In this document: piece by piece, positions 52,860 through 64,000 of the stretch
How the letters are laid out: every line of letters starts with the position of its first letter
Numbering within the stretch: position 1 is the first letter of the stretch
Assembly (NCBI GenBank): GCA_964016885.1
Contig: OZ024740.1
Coordinates: 133,114,001-133,178,000 of the forward strand
From: Eledone cirrhosa
Taxonomy: Eukaryota
Reading direction: 5' to 3'
Length of the DNA stretch: 64,000 bases
Notes under the pieces: generated by a model
Database searches by the model: none
Told to the model about the DNA's origin: nothing
The model's input: only the letters and a program-made list of their open reading frames with translations
Position numbers and translations under genes: made by a program

Positions 52860-53234
52860 AGAAGGGATTAAAAGATGGTTAGAAAAGTTCCATGTTTTTT
52901 ATTATGCGCATTTCAAAAACAAATATCATCCAGGGACGATATTTGCGTTCTCATCAGATAAAATAGTGTCTAAACAACATATGTTGTTTAGACACTACCT
53001 TGGTCACAAGTGTCTTTTTTAAGCTTCATATCATGTCTCCCTATTTTATCTGATGAAAACGCAAATATCGTCCCTGGATCATATTGGTTTTTGAAATGCG
53101 CATAATAAAATACAAGGAACTTTTCTAACCATCTTTTAATTTCTTCTTATATATACTCCAGTCCAATAAACTGTTGAGTGCTACTTATTCGATATTTGTA
53201 TTGCTGTATTGTGCTACAATAAAACTCACCTCTT

Positions 53235-53238
<4 letters not shown>
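52857..53238 (+). mobile_element. Fold-back (TA)n-inserted element (arms 52857-52966 and 53041-53152) with 3' tail
   Basis: Inverted arms, internal perfect palindrome at 52964-52997, TA flanks. Confidence 0.88.
53042..53112 (+). ncRNA. Type I hammerhead ribozyme motif (mirror copy 52897-52965 on minus)
   Basis: TATTTTAT-CTGATGA-[36-nt hairpin]-GAAAT-GCGC-ATA|ATAAAATA; perfect 8-bp stem I; palindromic ATGCGCAT. Confidence 0.85.
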
Positions 53239-53267
<29 letters not shown>

Positions 53268-53317
53268 CGAGTATTATTCATAAATATGTATTTCAGTGCA
53301 TTTTGTGAATGTATGTA

Positions 53318-53380
<63 letters not shown>

Positions 53381-53493
53381 GTCAGTGACTCTTACTCTCT
53401 CTGTTCTATAAATATTTATATTTTATTCGCATCGAGAAGCTTGACGTCTCTTCCGGATTTGAAACAGGAAATTTACAATTAGAATATTATTCT

Positions 53494-53533
<40 letters not shown>

Positions 53534-53858
53534 AAATATATGTGAAGGATAGGCATGATACCAATAATAGCAGGGTTGTAGTATCTGCTAGTCTATTCTT
53601 AGTACACATGATGTATAAATTCGTATGTATCGAAGTATTGAGGCACAAATAACGTTGTTTATTTGAGGAAACATACTCATACACAGACATATTCACAGAC
53701 AGAAACGTACAAATCACAATCATTATACATTGTATTTTCCATATATACACAGATATTATATAATTTTCCTTATATCTTTCTTTCCTTATATATTTATATA
53801 TCTGTGCATACATATTTTCATATATATATCTGTGATATCTGTGTGTATACATATTTTC

Positions 53859-53917
<59 letters not shown>

Positions 53918-54149
53918 TGTGCGTGTGTGTGTGTATGCACACTTAGATTACAAACACTTACATACACATAGAACAAACCTAATAGCAGCACACGAATATG
54001 TATAATTATGCATATTCATATTATTTGAAAGGGAAAGAACGCGATCTGTATAGGGAAAGACAAATTACAAAATAAAATTATGAGAATATAAACAGAAGCC
54101 TATGTTTGTATAATGTTGGGATACAGTTGTTTCGTTTTTATAAAACCTT

Positions 54150-54300
54150 TTGTCTTCTCTCGTAGGAGTCAAAGTTGAAAAGATTCCAATAATACTGCAC
54201 TGACTCACCATGTCGATAAGGATAGTTATCATTATTGTGAAGCAGTCATGAAATATTTCGCTTTTGTTTTCGAATTCCCTAGGAAAAAGCCAATAATCTT
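54150..54300 (-). pseudogene. Candidate decayed exon, weakly FAM151/menorin-like
   Basis: After an AG: IIGFFLGNSKTKAKYF...LSLSTW, resembling my recollection of FAM151B ILPGPNGNSKVIDAKPF...FSLGW; in-frame stops. Confidence 0.3.
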
Positions 54301-54634
54301 TAGATTGTATATCATCGTACACATTAAATACATTCTCATGCACACACATACGCACACACACACCAATACAGGCACAGGCAACCACAGACCTCCACACCTA
54401 TATGTGCAGAGACGTATATACATATGGAATTACACTGACAAGGAGCGACTTACAAAAAATACACAGAAATACACATGTATGTATATATAAATGCACATGC
54501 GCGCACACTTATATATATACATATATATGAAAAGATTCAGGACACCGACGGCTGAGCTCTAGCCGTTTCGACAGCTAGATCCGAAGTACTCTGGTGCGCT
54601 ATTGCCCACCTGGTATCTTACCACCCTCTCTTTG

Positions 54635-54682
<48 letters not shown>

Positions 54683-55145
54683 ATATATACAAGTTAATAT
54701 ATATTAATATATTTGATAAACACAAATACCAACATATTCATGTTTGTATTGTAAATTACCAAGTTAGCTAGATTGAAATATACTAATAATAATAATACAT
54801 TTTGCCTGTCTCGATTTAAGATAATAAATCAATAAAAACAAATCATATTGGCAATGGCCGTGGTGCTTGGACAAATTTAAATTTCAAAATCAAACCTGTT
54901 CCGTAGACAGGTTTAAACGTTAAAATCCAAATATATTTCGAATAATGAAAAAGTGAAAGAATACCGCATTTTGATCTCCTCAGCAAGCACTATAAAAATT
55001 GGTATGTTTCACTTCAAAATATTTAGAAAGACTGATTAACGCACATGGTATTTCACGCGGTTATCCAGTGTCTAGCTGTCACATACTCGTTCTGCTAGAA
55101 ATAACAGCCGTTTGCATGAGTTTTGAACTCATTATTATTGATAGT

Positions 55146-55232
55146 CTTTCCCTTTCATCCTTGCGGGGTCGATAAAATAAAGTACCAGTAATGCACTGGG
55201 TAATTGCTGGCCTTGTGCCTAAAGTAGAAACA
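55146..55232 (+). mobile_element. 5'-truncated SINE
   Basis: TSD ATTATTATTGATAGT at 55131-55145 and 55233-55247. Confidence 0.9.
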
Positions 55233-55398
55233 ATTATTATTGATAGTATCACTGCTCCTTTGTTGAGCTGAATTTAGCCCCATACAAACGGCTGTTATTT
55301 CTAGCAGCACGAGTATGTGACAGCTAGACACTGGATAACCGCGTGAAATACCATGTGCGTTAATCAGTCTTTCTAAATATTTTGAATACCAATTGTTA

Positions 55399-55530
55399 TA
55401 GTGCTTGCTGAGGAGATCAAAATGCGGTATTCTTTCACTTTTTCATTATTCGAAACATATTTGGATTTTAACGTTTAAACCTGTCTACGGAACAGGTTTG
55501 ATTTTGAAATTTAAATTTGTCCAAGCACTA
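55399..55530 (+). ncRNA. Type I hammerhead motif with about 90-nt stem II domain (mirror 54861-54992 on minus)
   Basis: TAGTGCTTG-CTGAGGA-GATCAAA...TTTGATTTT-GAAA-TTTAAATTT-GTC|CAAGCACTA; perfect 9-bp stem I. Confidence 0.75.
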
Positions 55531-55791
55531 CGGCCATTGCCAATATGATTTGTTTTTATTGATTTATTATCTTAAATCGAGACAGGCAAAATGTATTATT
55601 ATTAGTAGTATATTTCAATCTAGCTAACTTGGTCATTTATAATACAAACATGAATATGTTGGTATTTGTGTTTATCAAATATATTAATTCATATTAACTT
55701 GTATTACACGGCTCAGAAATACTTCTTTCTTTGAGCTATTTCATTGTAAAAGACTGCCCGAGTTTTGAACTCATTATTATTGATAGTATAT

Positions 55792-55819
<28 letters not shown>

Positions 55820-55825
<6 letters not shown>

Positions 55826-56650
55826 TAATAAAAATAATGAATAAACAAAGAGACAGTTCCTTATATTAAAAAATTCATCATTTTACGATCGTTTCTAGGA
55901 TATATATGTTAGTGTTGGTATACATATCCTATAGATCTATGTAAAATATTTACAAACTATCAGAAGGAATATACATACCTACGCATATATATGCTGTCTT
56001 CAGAAATAATGATATTTGTTTATTGAAAAAAACCAACAAAGATTTAATACAATAGGTCTGTTTGAGGACAGGTTTTGAATTGACCAATAGAAAGATAGTG
56101 AAGGTCAAGATGGTAAAATAGTAGTAAAAGAACCTTAATTTAGGGGTAATATTCTTTCCATCCATAGCTGAAATCTACCTTCCCCTACCCCTAAATTAAG
56201 GTTCTTTTACTACTATTTTACCATCTTGACCTTTACTATCTTTCTATTGATCAATTCAAAACCTGTTCCCAAACAGACCTATTGTATTAAATCTTTGTTG
56301 GCCTTTTTCAATAAAAAAATATCATTATTTCTGAAGACAGCATATATATGTGTAGGTATGTATATTCATTCTGATAGTTTGTAAAAATTTTACATAGATC
56401 TATAGGATATGCATACCAACACTAACATATATATCCTAGAAACGATCGTAAAATGATGAATTTTTTAATATAAGGAACTGTTTCTTTGTTTATTCATTAT
56501 TTTTATTAATTTATCTTGACTCTGTTTTCCTGTATTTTTCATCTAAAAAATTTTTTTGAATACATCTTCTCTTTTCATGATATTCGGATTACATTGAGTT
56601 CTTCATACGGATTGGACACTACCGTACATTTTGGTAGATTTATCTACATA
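55820..56650 (+). mobile_element. Fold-back element (arms 55820-56148 and 56186-56512) with probable tail
   Basis: Arms of about 330 bp with a 37-nt loop; (TA)n on the left. Confidence 0.9.
56322..56459 (+). ncRNA. Type I hammerhead motif with about 100-nt stem II domain (mirror 55875-56012 on minus)
   Basis: TCATTATTT-CTGAAGA-[101 nt]-GAAAC-GATC-GTA|AAATGATGA; 9-bp stem I; palindromic ACGATCGT. Confidence 0.78.
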
Positions 56651-57399
56651 TATTTATAGATAGATAGATATATACGATTCCTCTCACAGACTTCACTAAT
56701 ATACTTGTAGAAGAGCAGTAGTCACCACATACACAAACCGACGCGGGCTCCCACACACACAAACACACGCACGCACACACTCACACATATATATATATTA
56801 TCGTAGTAATGTCATATGAGCTATAATCACTATATTCTTGGTTGCTCATATTACTCGAATGTGATATGGATTGAACGTATAATTGAGTAAATATGTCTCA
56901 GCGTGCTAACGAATATATATTTGTTATGGGGTGGTCACACAATGTTGTCCAGGACATCCATGTTACTGTGAGTGCTCACTGCTTCGACAAGAATGCCGCT
57001 AGAATACCCGGTCACAACGAACTCGAACATTCATTTTCAAACATATTCCATTGTATATACATAGAACTACATGCACATATGCAAGTGCGGATTTTAATAT
57101 TCAATATATAATTAATATAAAATTAATAAATAATTAATATATAATTGATATTTTTAAAAAAAGTTACAGAAAAGTTCTAACCTTATACATGAGGTGAAAA
57201 AAACCCTAGATGGGAATAAATAATACATAGATTACGGAAGTCACTGATATATATTCTCATATAAGCAAATACACATACATACATATATTCATACATATCT
57301 GTGTGTGTGTGTGCGCGCGTGTGTGTGTGTGTGTGTGTATGCGTGCGTGTGTGTACGCGTGCATGTGCATGTGCGTTTGAGCGTGTGGGTTATATTATA

Positions 57400-58330
57400 T
57401 TAACGTGGGCTGGTTTTTTAATTTGAATGTTAGTTTTCCAGTTTAGTTTGTGGCATCAATGTATTGAATGCACAGTATTTGTGTATGTTTCGACGTCATC
57501 ATCGGTCATATCTTATCGAAATAGCTTTTCGTTGTCATTGTAAATGTGTTTTCCTGGACTATCACAATGTGAATATCGTTCGCCGTGTTAAGATATGTTC
57601 AGTTTTATGAAGGGAATATTTAGGTCATTAGTGTTGTGTTGCAGGATTAAAAAATACCATTTCTGTTATATGTACAAGTTATATTTTTGGTTTGTATCAA
57701 GCAGAACTTTTTTTTAAATTCGTTTTCAACGGAAATGTAGCACCCAAAATGGAGATAATAGATATACTTTATATTTTATTGCAGTTTTTATATCTCTGGT
57801 TGGTGAAAAGTAATGTATATTAGTGAAGTTTATGTAAATTGTGTTACTTTATCTTGTGCGAGGACATAACATAACATTTAGCCTTTCAGCAGCGTTTAAT
57901 TATTTTGTCTATGAGTCATTTCATCTGATTACCTATGCCGGTTATCGTGTCGAATATTCACCTTCGCCAACCATTAACATTTTGAGCACTCAATCGTTTT
58001 TGACAACCTGCATGGAAAAAAAGCATTATCAATTTGTAAAATGGTAGGATGAAATTTGATTGAAATTTGACGCCCAATACTTCTATCTTCAGCGTTGTTT
58101 ACCTACGTGTTATCCATGTAAAACTTTTTTACGGCTGTGTATATATACCGTTTAGCTTTGTGATTACGTTCAGAATTATTTTCACCTTCAACAATTTATG
58201 AATTTCCCATATGAAATGATATAAATAAATAAAGATACGATACACACATTGATAAGTTTATCACTTTTAATTGCATTTTAAATTTTGACGCAGGAAGACA
58301 AAAAAGATTACTTGAATCATTTAACACTAT
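57400..58330 (-). pseudogene. Possible decayed Penelope-like ORF 3' region
   Basis: Coding-like AT-rich sequence ending in a degenerate hammerhead remnant CCGATGA-TGACGTC-GAAAC (57486-57505). Confidence 0.25.
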
Positions 58331-58408
58331 TTTCTTAATTTCCGTGGAGAGTTTAAAAAGCAATTCATCTTAAAGCTTTCCCCTTCTCTTTCTGTCTTTC
58401 TCTGCCCA

Positions 58409-58469
<61 letters not shown>

Positions 58470-58486
58470 GTATATATATATATATG

Positions 58487-58608
<122 letters not shown>

Positions 58609-58679
58609 TGTGTAAATGCATGTGTGACTATATGTATATATATGTATATATACTACATGTATATATATATATATATATA

Positions 58680-60170
58680 TACATTATTTCGTTGACAAAT
58701 ATATCAATATGCCCAGACATGCAGATATATTGCCCTTGGTATGGCAGTGTGTTTTTAGCTCGATGTAGGATAACTAGTATACCACAGAGCCGTTATAGTT
58801 ATAGGAGTAACCAAAGGGTGCTTTGAAATACATTGTTTATTAGCTAACAGTGTTTCATCCATACCCCATGGCAGGAATCATCAGAGCCTATAAACATGAG
58901 TATATCAGTTGTTGCATACTCCATCGAGCTGCGTCACCAGAACAAGGTTAAAGGACCAGCAGGGGGCCCCGAGGCCTGCGCTATATGGAAAAAGACAGAA
59001 TACATGATGCACATAATGTCATAAAATGTCTTAAATATTTATAAATTAAAAATTACACCAAACATTTATCACTTAAATGGTGCAATAGATGATAAAGAGG
59101 TTGGGAGAGGGTAGCAAGGGATGAGTGAGGGTATTACTCAGCATGATCAGAAACAATAAGAAAATAATAACAAAAATAATAAAAAGTACAAAAATAGAGG
59201 GATAAGAAAAGAGATAAATATAAAAATACAAAACAATAAAGGAACAAAAAGCCCGGAAACCCCCTAAAAATGTAAGCATAGATGCATCAAAGCACAAGCA
59301 GTGCAAAAAGAGGGTGTACAGGCAGATCAAGAGAGTTTGCAAGCATTAGTCTGTGAAAAGAATAGTTGGTTAGCAGTGATGCAGCCTTAATGTATAATAG
59401 TCCAATGAGGGATGGTGTACACCAATTATATCGTCTTGTAACAGGTCGATCTCCGTATCATATCCGCACCCTACGAAGCGGATATGATAAGGAGAATCAA
59501 CCTGTTACAAGGCGATATAATTGGAGTACACCAACCCTCATATGGACTATCATAAATGTAAGGCTGCACCACTGCTAACCAACTATTCTTTTCACAGACT
59601 CATGCTTGCAAACTCTCTTGATCTGCCTGTACACCCTCTTTTTGCACTGCTTGTGCTTTGATGTATCTATGCTTTGCTTTGTCTTATATTTTGGGGGGGT
59701 TTCCGGGCTTTTTGTTCCTTTATTGTTTTGTATTTTTATATTTATCTCTTTTCTTATGCCTCTATTTTTGTACTTTTTTATTATATTTTTTTTATTATTT
59801 TCTTATTGTTTCTGATAATGCCGAGTAATACCCTCACTCATCCCTTGCTACCCTCTCCCAACCTCTTTATCATCTATTGCACCATTTAAGTGATAAATGT
59901 TTGGTGTAATTTTTAAATTTTTTAATTTTTAAGACATTTTATGACATTATGTGCATCATGTATCCTGTCTTTTTCCATATAGCGTTGGCCTCAGGACACC
60001 CTGCTGGTCCATTAAACTTGTTCTGGTGACGCAGCTCGATGGAGCATGTAACTACTGATATACTCATGTTTATAGGCTCTGATGATTCCTGTCATGGTGT
60101 ATGGATGAAACACTGTTAGCTAATAAAACAATGTATTTCTAAGCACTCTTTAGTTATTCCTATAACTATA
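58680..60170 (-). mobile_element. 1.4-kb near-perfect palindrome (arms 58794-59467 and 59478-60170, 10-nt loop) plus tail 58680-58793; 5'-truncated Penelope-like element
   Basis: Arms of about 680 bp; IGVHQPSYGLS* near the centre resembles the PLE C-terminal PxGLN motif; TA flanks. Confidence 0.88.
60075..60121 (+). ncRNA. Minimal type I hammerhead motif (mirror 58842-58888 on minus)
   Basis: GGCT-CTGATGA-TTCC...GGAT-GAAAC-ACT-GTT|AGCT-AATAAA. Confidence 0.75.
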
Positions 60171-60200
60171 TATGCATACATATACATGCATACATATGTG

Positions 60201-60301
<101 letters not shown>

Positions 60302-60479
60302 TGTGTGTATGTGTGTGTGGGTGGGTGGGTGTGTGTGTATGTGTGTGTGGGGGGTGTATGTGTGTGTGTACAAAAGGCATAATTGATGGTGTTTCATTCC
60401 CGGGGCCATATTTATTTCAACATACGTTTGCTGAAATCAGTAGCGGCTAGGTTGCTTATTTAAACTTACATTTCATAAG

Positions 60480-61700
60480 CATGCGGATGAGGAATAGATT
60501 TCCGTCTATCCCTCTTGCTTCTTCTTTTTCTTCTTCATTGTCATCGCGTCTTCATCCACTTATTCCTGAGAGGGTCATTGGAGCAACGTCCTCAAATACG
60601 CCTTCAAGAGGGTCAAACTGATCCGTCAAGATCCCATAAGATACCTAAGTGAGACAAACCTTCCTCATTGATGGTATCCCACCATTTTCCTTTAAGTCAA
60701 CTCCTGGGACATACTAAACCTATGTTCGGAGTATCGGGATTGTGATCTATTGATACGAAGTAGTAGCAGTTTCACTAGGACCGACTCACTGATCTCCGAG
60801 ATTTACACTCTAGGAAGCCAGATTTTGGTCATTCCCCAATATTCATGACCATCAGAAAGAGAAGGCACGAACGCTGAATTAAAAATAGCGACTTTGGCTT
60901 TTACATCTACCTCTCTTTTCTGATGAATGCATGCAAAAACTGGCGCAATACTGCACCATCACCAGCAATGCTTGCATATATTTCAGCTTGCTGCCTACCA
61001 TCACTCAGAGAAATGGCCCCGAGATTCTTGACCTTAATCTACTTGCTTTAGTGGAAGTCCACTCACATTGAATAGTAAACAGCACCGGTTTCTTTGAAAG
61101 GCTATCTAATGCATGTCGGAAATAACCTTCCACCAATTAAGTAGTAGAATATTGTCTGCCAATTCCTGCAGAATTGGATTTTATGCATGTTCGAAGCAAT
61201 AATCCCACGGTTTCTCAATAGCATGCTGCAGTGGGAATATTTGGTCAGTCGTGCTGCGACCGGGGAAAAACCCACACTGTTCACCGGCTAGCTAGGACAC
61301 AAGAATATTCCTACACTTAGCACATACTTTGTCGGCGGGGCTTAACAATGAGATTCCTCTATAATCAGAACCATATGAATTGTCTCCCTTTTTTGAAAAA
61401 TGGGCTTATCAATACCGATTGCTTTTCCAAAGACACAAGCCACACTGCACGTAGGAGCCAACCCAAGAATGACTTTTTTTATTTAAAGATTTTCAACATC
61501 TTGACGGAGGTCTAGCTACATTTGAGCTCTCTTATTGCTTTGTTTAGAGGCAAGTGTTCGCGCCTAAATACATAAGTTGTGACCGAGTTTAGATTTTCAG
61601 TATAGAACATTCTCCAACTCGTGACGATACATCTCTCTTTCTAGACAATAACGCCATATGATAATCTAGGTGCAGCCATAGAAAACGACTTATTAAGGTG
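60480..61700 (-). pseudogene. Possible decayed Gypsy-type integrase region
   Basis: Higher GC; weak motifs (ISLSDGRQ near 61000, GKWWD); no long frame. Confidence 0.25.
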
Positions 61701-61793
61701 TCAGTGAGTGGTCTGTCAAAATACTCTATTTGCTGATTTAACTTGGGCTTCTCATATAAATCCTCTCTTTCTTGCCCTCTCTCCTTTTCTTTC

Positions 61794-61887
<94 letters not shown>

Positions 61888-61890
61888 CTC

Positions 61891-61921
<31 letters not shown>

Positions 61922-61938
61922 CATCTGTCTCTCTCTGT

Positions 61939-61975
<37 letters not shown>

Positions 61976-61976
<1 letters not shown>

Positions 61977-62535
61977 CTTGACCACCCGTGGCCCGTTGGG
62001 TGGCGTTCACTTAAAAATAATCTTTAAATAATAAAAATATACAGACATGTATATAATGTAAAATTTATGTATATATAAATGTGTGTTTGTGTACTTATAT
62101 ATATATATGTATGCGTGTGTGTTTATATATATGTGGTTGTCTGTGATCTATATACACTGGTCATCGACAGACATACATACACACACATATATATATGCAC
62201 ACACATTCACATATATATATACAAAACAACACCACCAGCATTCACTCTCTCTCTCTTCCATTCTCCTTATCTATTTCTTCACCCTCTATGTCTCTCTTTC
62301 AAGCTACTCTCTCACAACTACTATCTCTATCCTTCTCTGACTCTGTTTATGAAGATACCCAGAAAACCCCATACCTCGGAGCCCCGTGCCTCGATTTACG
62401 CGAATCTTGTTTCATTCAATTTGTATTCCCATTTCATGGGCAACTTCCTTTCAAAGTATTTTGCATCATGCGGCCTTTTGGGTGTATTACATTACAGACA
62501 AGGAAGCAGGCAATTGCAGACTTTTAGTAATATAT
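61976..62535 (-). mobile_element. Possible non-autonomous Helitron-like repeat
   Basis: GC hairpin CCACCC...GGGTGG next to a CAAG|T end; TATATTACTAAAAG 5' end; internal simple repeats. Confidence 0.35.
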
Positions 62536-62624
62536 ACATATATATATATTATTATTAAAAGTTACTAAAAGTCTGTGATTAATAGTTAACGCTTGATATA
62601 GGATGAAGAGTGTCTTAACTTCTC

Positions 62625-62687
<63 letters not shown>

Positions 62688-62691
<4 letters not shown>

Positions 62692-64000
62692 AAGAACACA
62701 AGAGCGTCTACAACATCAAAAGATTTTTATTGGCTTACAATGTTTCTTCCTTACGTAACCGTAGGATTCGTCAGAGCTATAAAAGGGGTTTGATTGGTGT
62801 TATGGACTCTACCAACAAAACATTCAAGAACATAGAGTAAAGAGAGTAAAGAGCAAAAGTAGGGGACGATAAGTCTAATTTTGGTGCGGGAGGGTGGGGT
62901 GTGGGTCCTTGTTTACTAGCTGCGGTCATATTCATTCCCGGGAGTCGGGTGGTTAGCTGAACCATAGATGAGGTGGCGTCGATAGTATGGTGCAGAGGGT
63001 GCGCAGAGGCTACACAAACACAAAGGGCGTACAATATATATATATATATAGCGGAGGCGAAAGTACATGAGGTAATTAGAAATGGAAAAAGAGTAATAAT
63101 AATAATCTATAATTAATAGTGTATAATAAGGCATGGGGAAGATTACACTATAATAAGGTATAAAAGTAAGAATACGGTAAAATATAAAGGAGGATAAGAG
63201 TGGAAATAATAAAGATAAAAAAATAAAGATAAAAAAATATAGAGAGAATATATAAAGAAATATAAGCGAATATTTGGAGGGGAAAACACAATGTAAAAAA
63301 AACGATTTTTTCAAATAATAATAAAAAATATAATAATTATGGGGGGAGGAAACGGGATAGAGAAATATGATCAAGTGTGATTAGTTGAGAGAATATAAGA
63401 TGATAATAGTTATGTCAAGTTTATACATCTTAATAATAAATAATCTGTGTATCAGAGTTGCAGAACCTTCAATTCACTTACGGGTTCAAGCCACGTGGCA
63501 TGGTCCATTGTTTATTTGTGCAGTCATGTGCGTTTGTTTTTGACACCACAGCAGATGCACAAGTTCGTAAATTCCAATGCAGATAGAAATCTATTTTTGC
63601 TCACCCGGACATTGACGGAGGATCCAATATTCCTGGTTCAATATGTGTTTGGTGTTATTTTGGTCGCACAAATCAATCACTTGGTTCAATATATGGAGTA
63701 TGGTTTTCTGGTCTTCGTAACAGTGTCAGTGGTTGTATATCTGAAAATCACAAGGATCACAGTACTCCGGTTTGGTGTGATTATCGGTCATTCAGCTATG
63801 TTGTTGGTGGTTGGATTCAAATCTATTCGCCCGAACGTTGAACTTTGGTGTCGATAGGACATTAACGAGGCATTAACTATCGACACCAAAGTTCAGCTAA
63901 CCACCCGACTCCCGGGAATGAATATGACCGCAGCTAGTAAACAAGGACCCACACCCCACCCTCCCGCACCAAAATTAGACTTATCGTCCCCTACTTTTGC
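62688..64000 (-). mobile_element. Penelope-like element 3' end (GIY-YIG C-terminus plus pLTR) with 5' inversion; runs off window end
   Basis: LNQEYWI and TMPRGLNP* (about 63480-63645); 63892-64000 is an exact reverse complement of 62853-62961; abuts (TA)n. Confidence 0.8.
62724..62784 (-). ncRNA. Minimal type I hammerhead motif
   Basis: TTTTATAGCT-CTGACGA-ATCCTACG-GTTA-CGTAAGGAA-GAAAC-ATT-GTA|AGCCAATAAAA. Confidence 0.8.

Larger units (their letters stand above)
54688..55788 (+). mobile_element. Fold-back (TA)n-inserted element (arms 54688-55118 and 55281-55703) with tail and nested SINE
   Basis: Arms of about 420 bp; TA tracts on both sides. Confidence 0.9.

Noticed and set aside
56820-57020. 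Possible further upstream FAM151-like exon on minus (ILVEA...HPITN)
   Set aside because: Match too weak to distinguish from chance without a profile search.

Overview
Eukaryotic, AT-rich DNA saturated with microsatellites and repeats. The SINE family resembles those of octopod cephalopods (inference from recall). I found no intact host gene. The window holds: (i) Tx1-clade (L1 group) LINEs; (ii) two families of R4/Dong-clade RLE retrotransposons, stacked in (AAT)n tracts together with Tx1 elements and SINEs in a strand-ordered pile-up at 32.1-51.9 kb; (iii) mariner/Tc1, RTE, CRE-like, Helitron-like and very old LTR-pol relics; (iv) possible exons of a decayed FAM151/menorin-like gene. The strongest signal is a set of 7-8 sequence-unrelated fold-back insertions, mostly in (TA)n tracts. 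Each carries a type I hammerhead ribozyme motif (CUGANGA...GAAA...UH with a pairable stem I); several have 60-100 nt extended stem II arms and are mirrored onto both strands. Most share an RCTC...GAGY motif just past the inversion breakpoint. Two retain Penelope-like GIY-YIG C-terminal residues. All alignments and RNA folds were done by eye, and coordinates of decayed elements are approximate.
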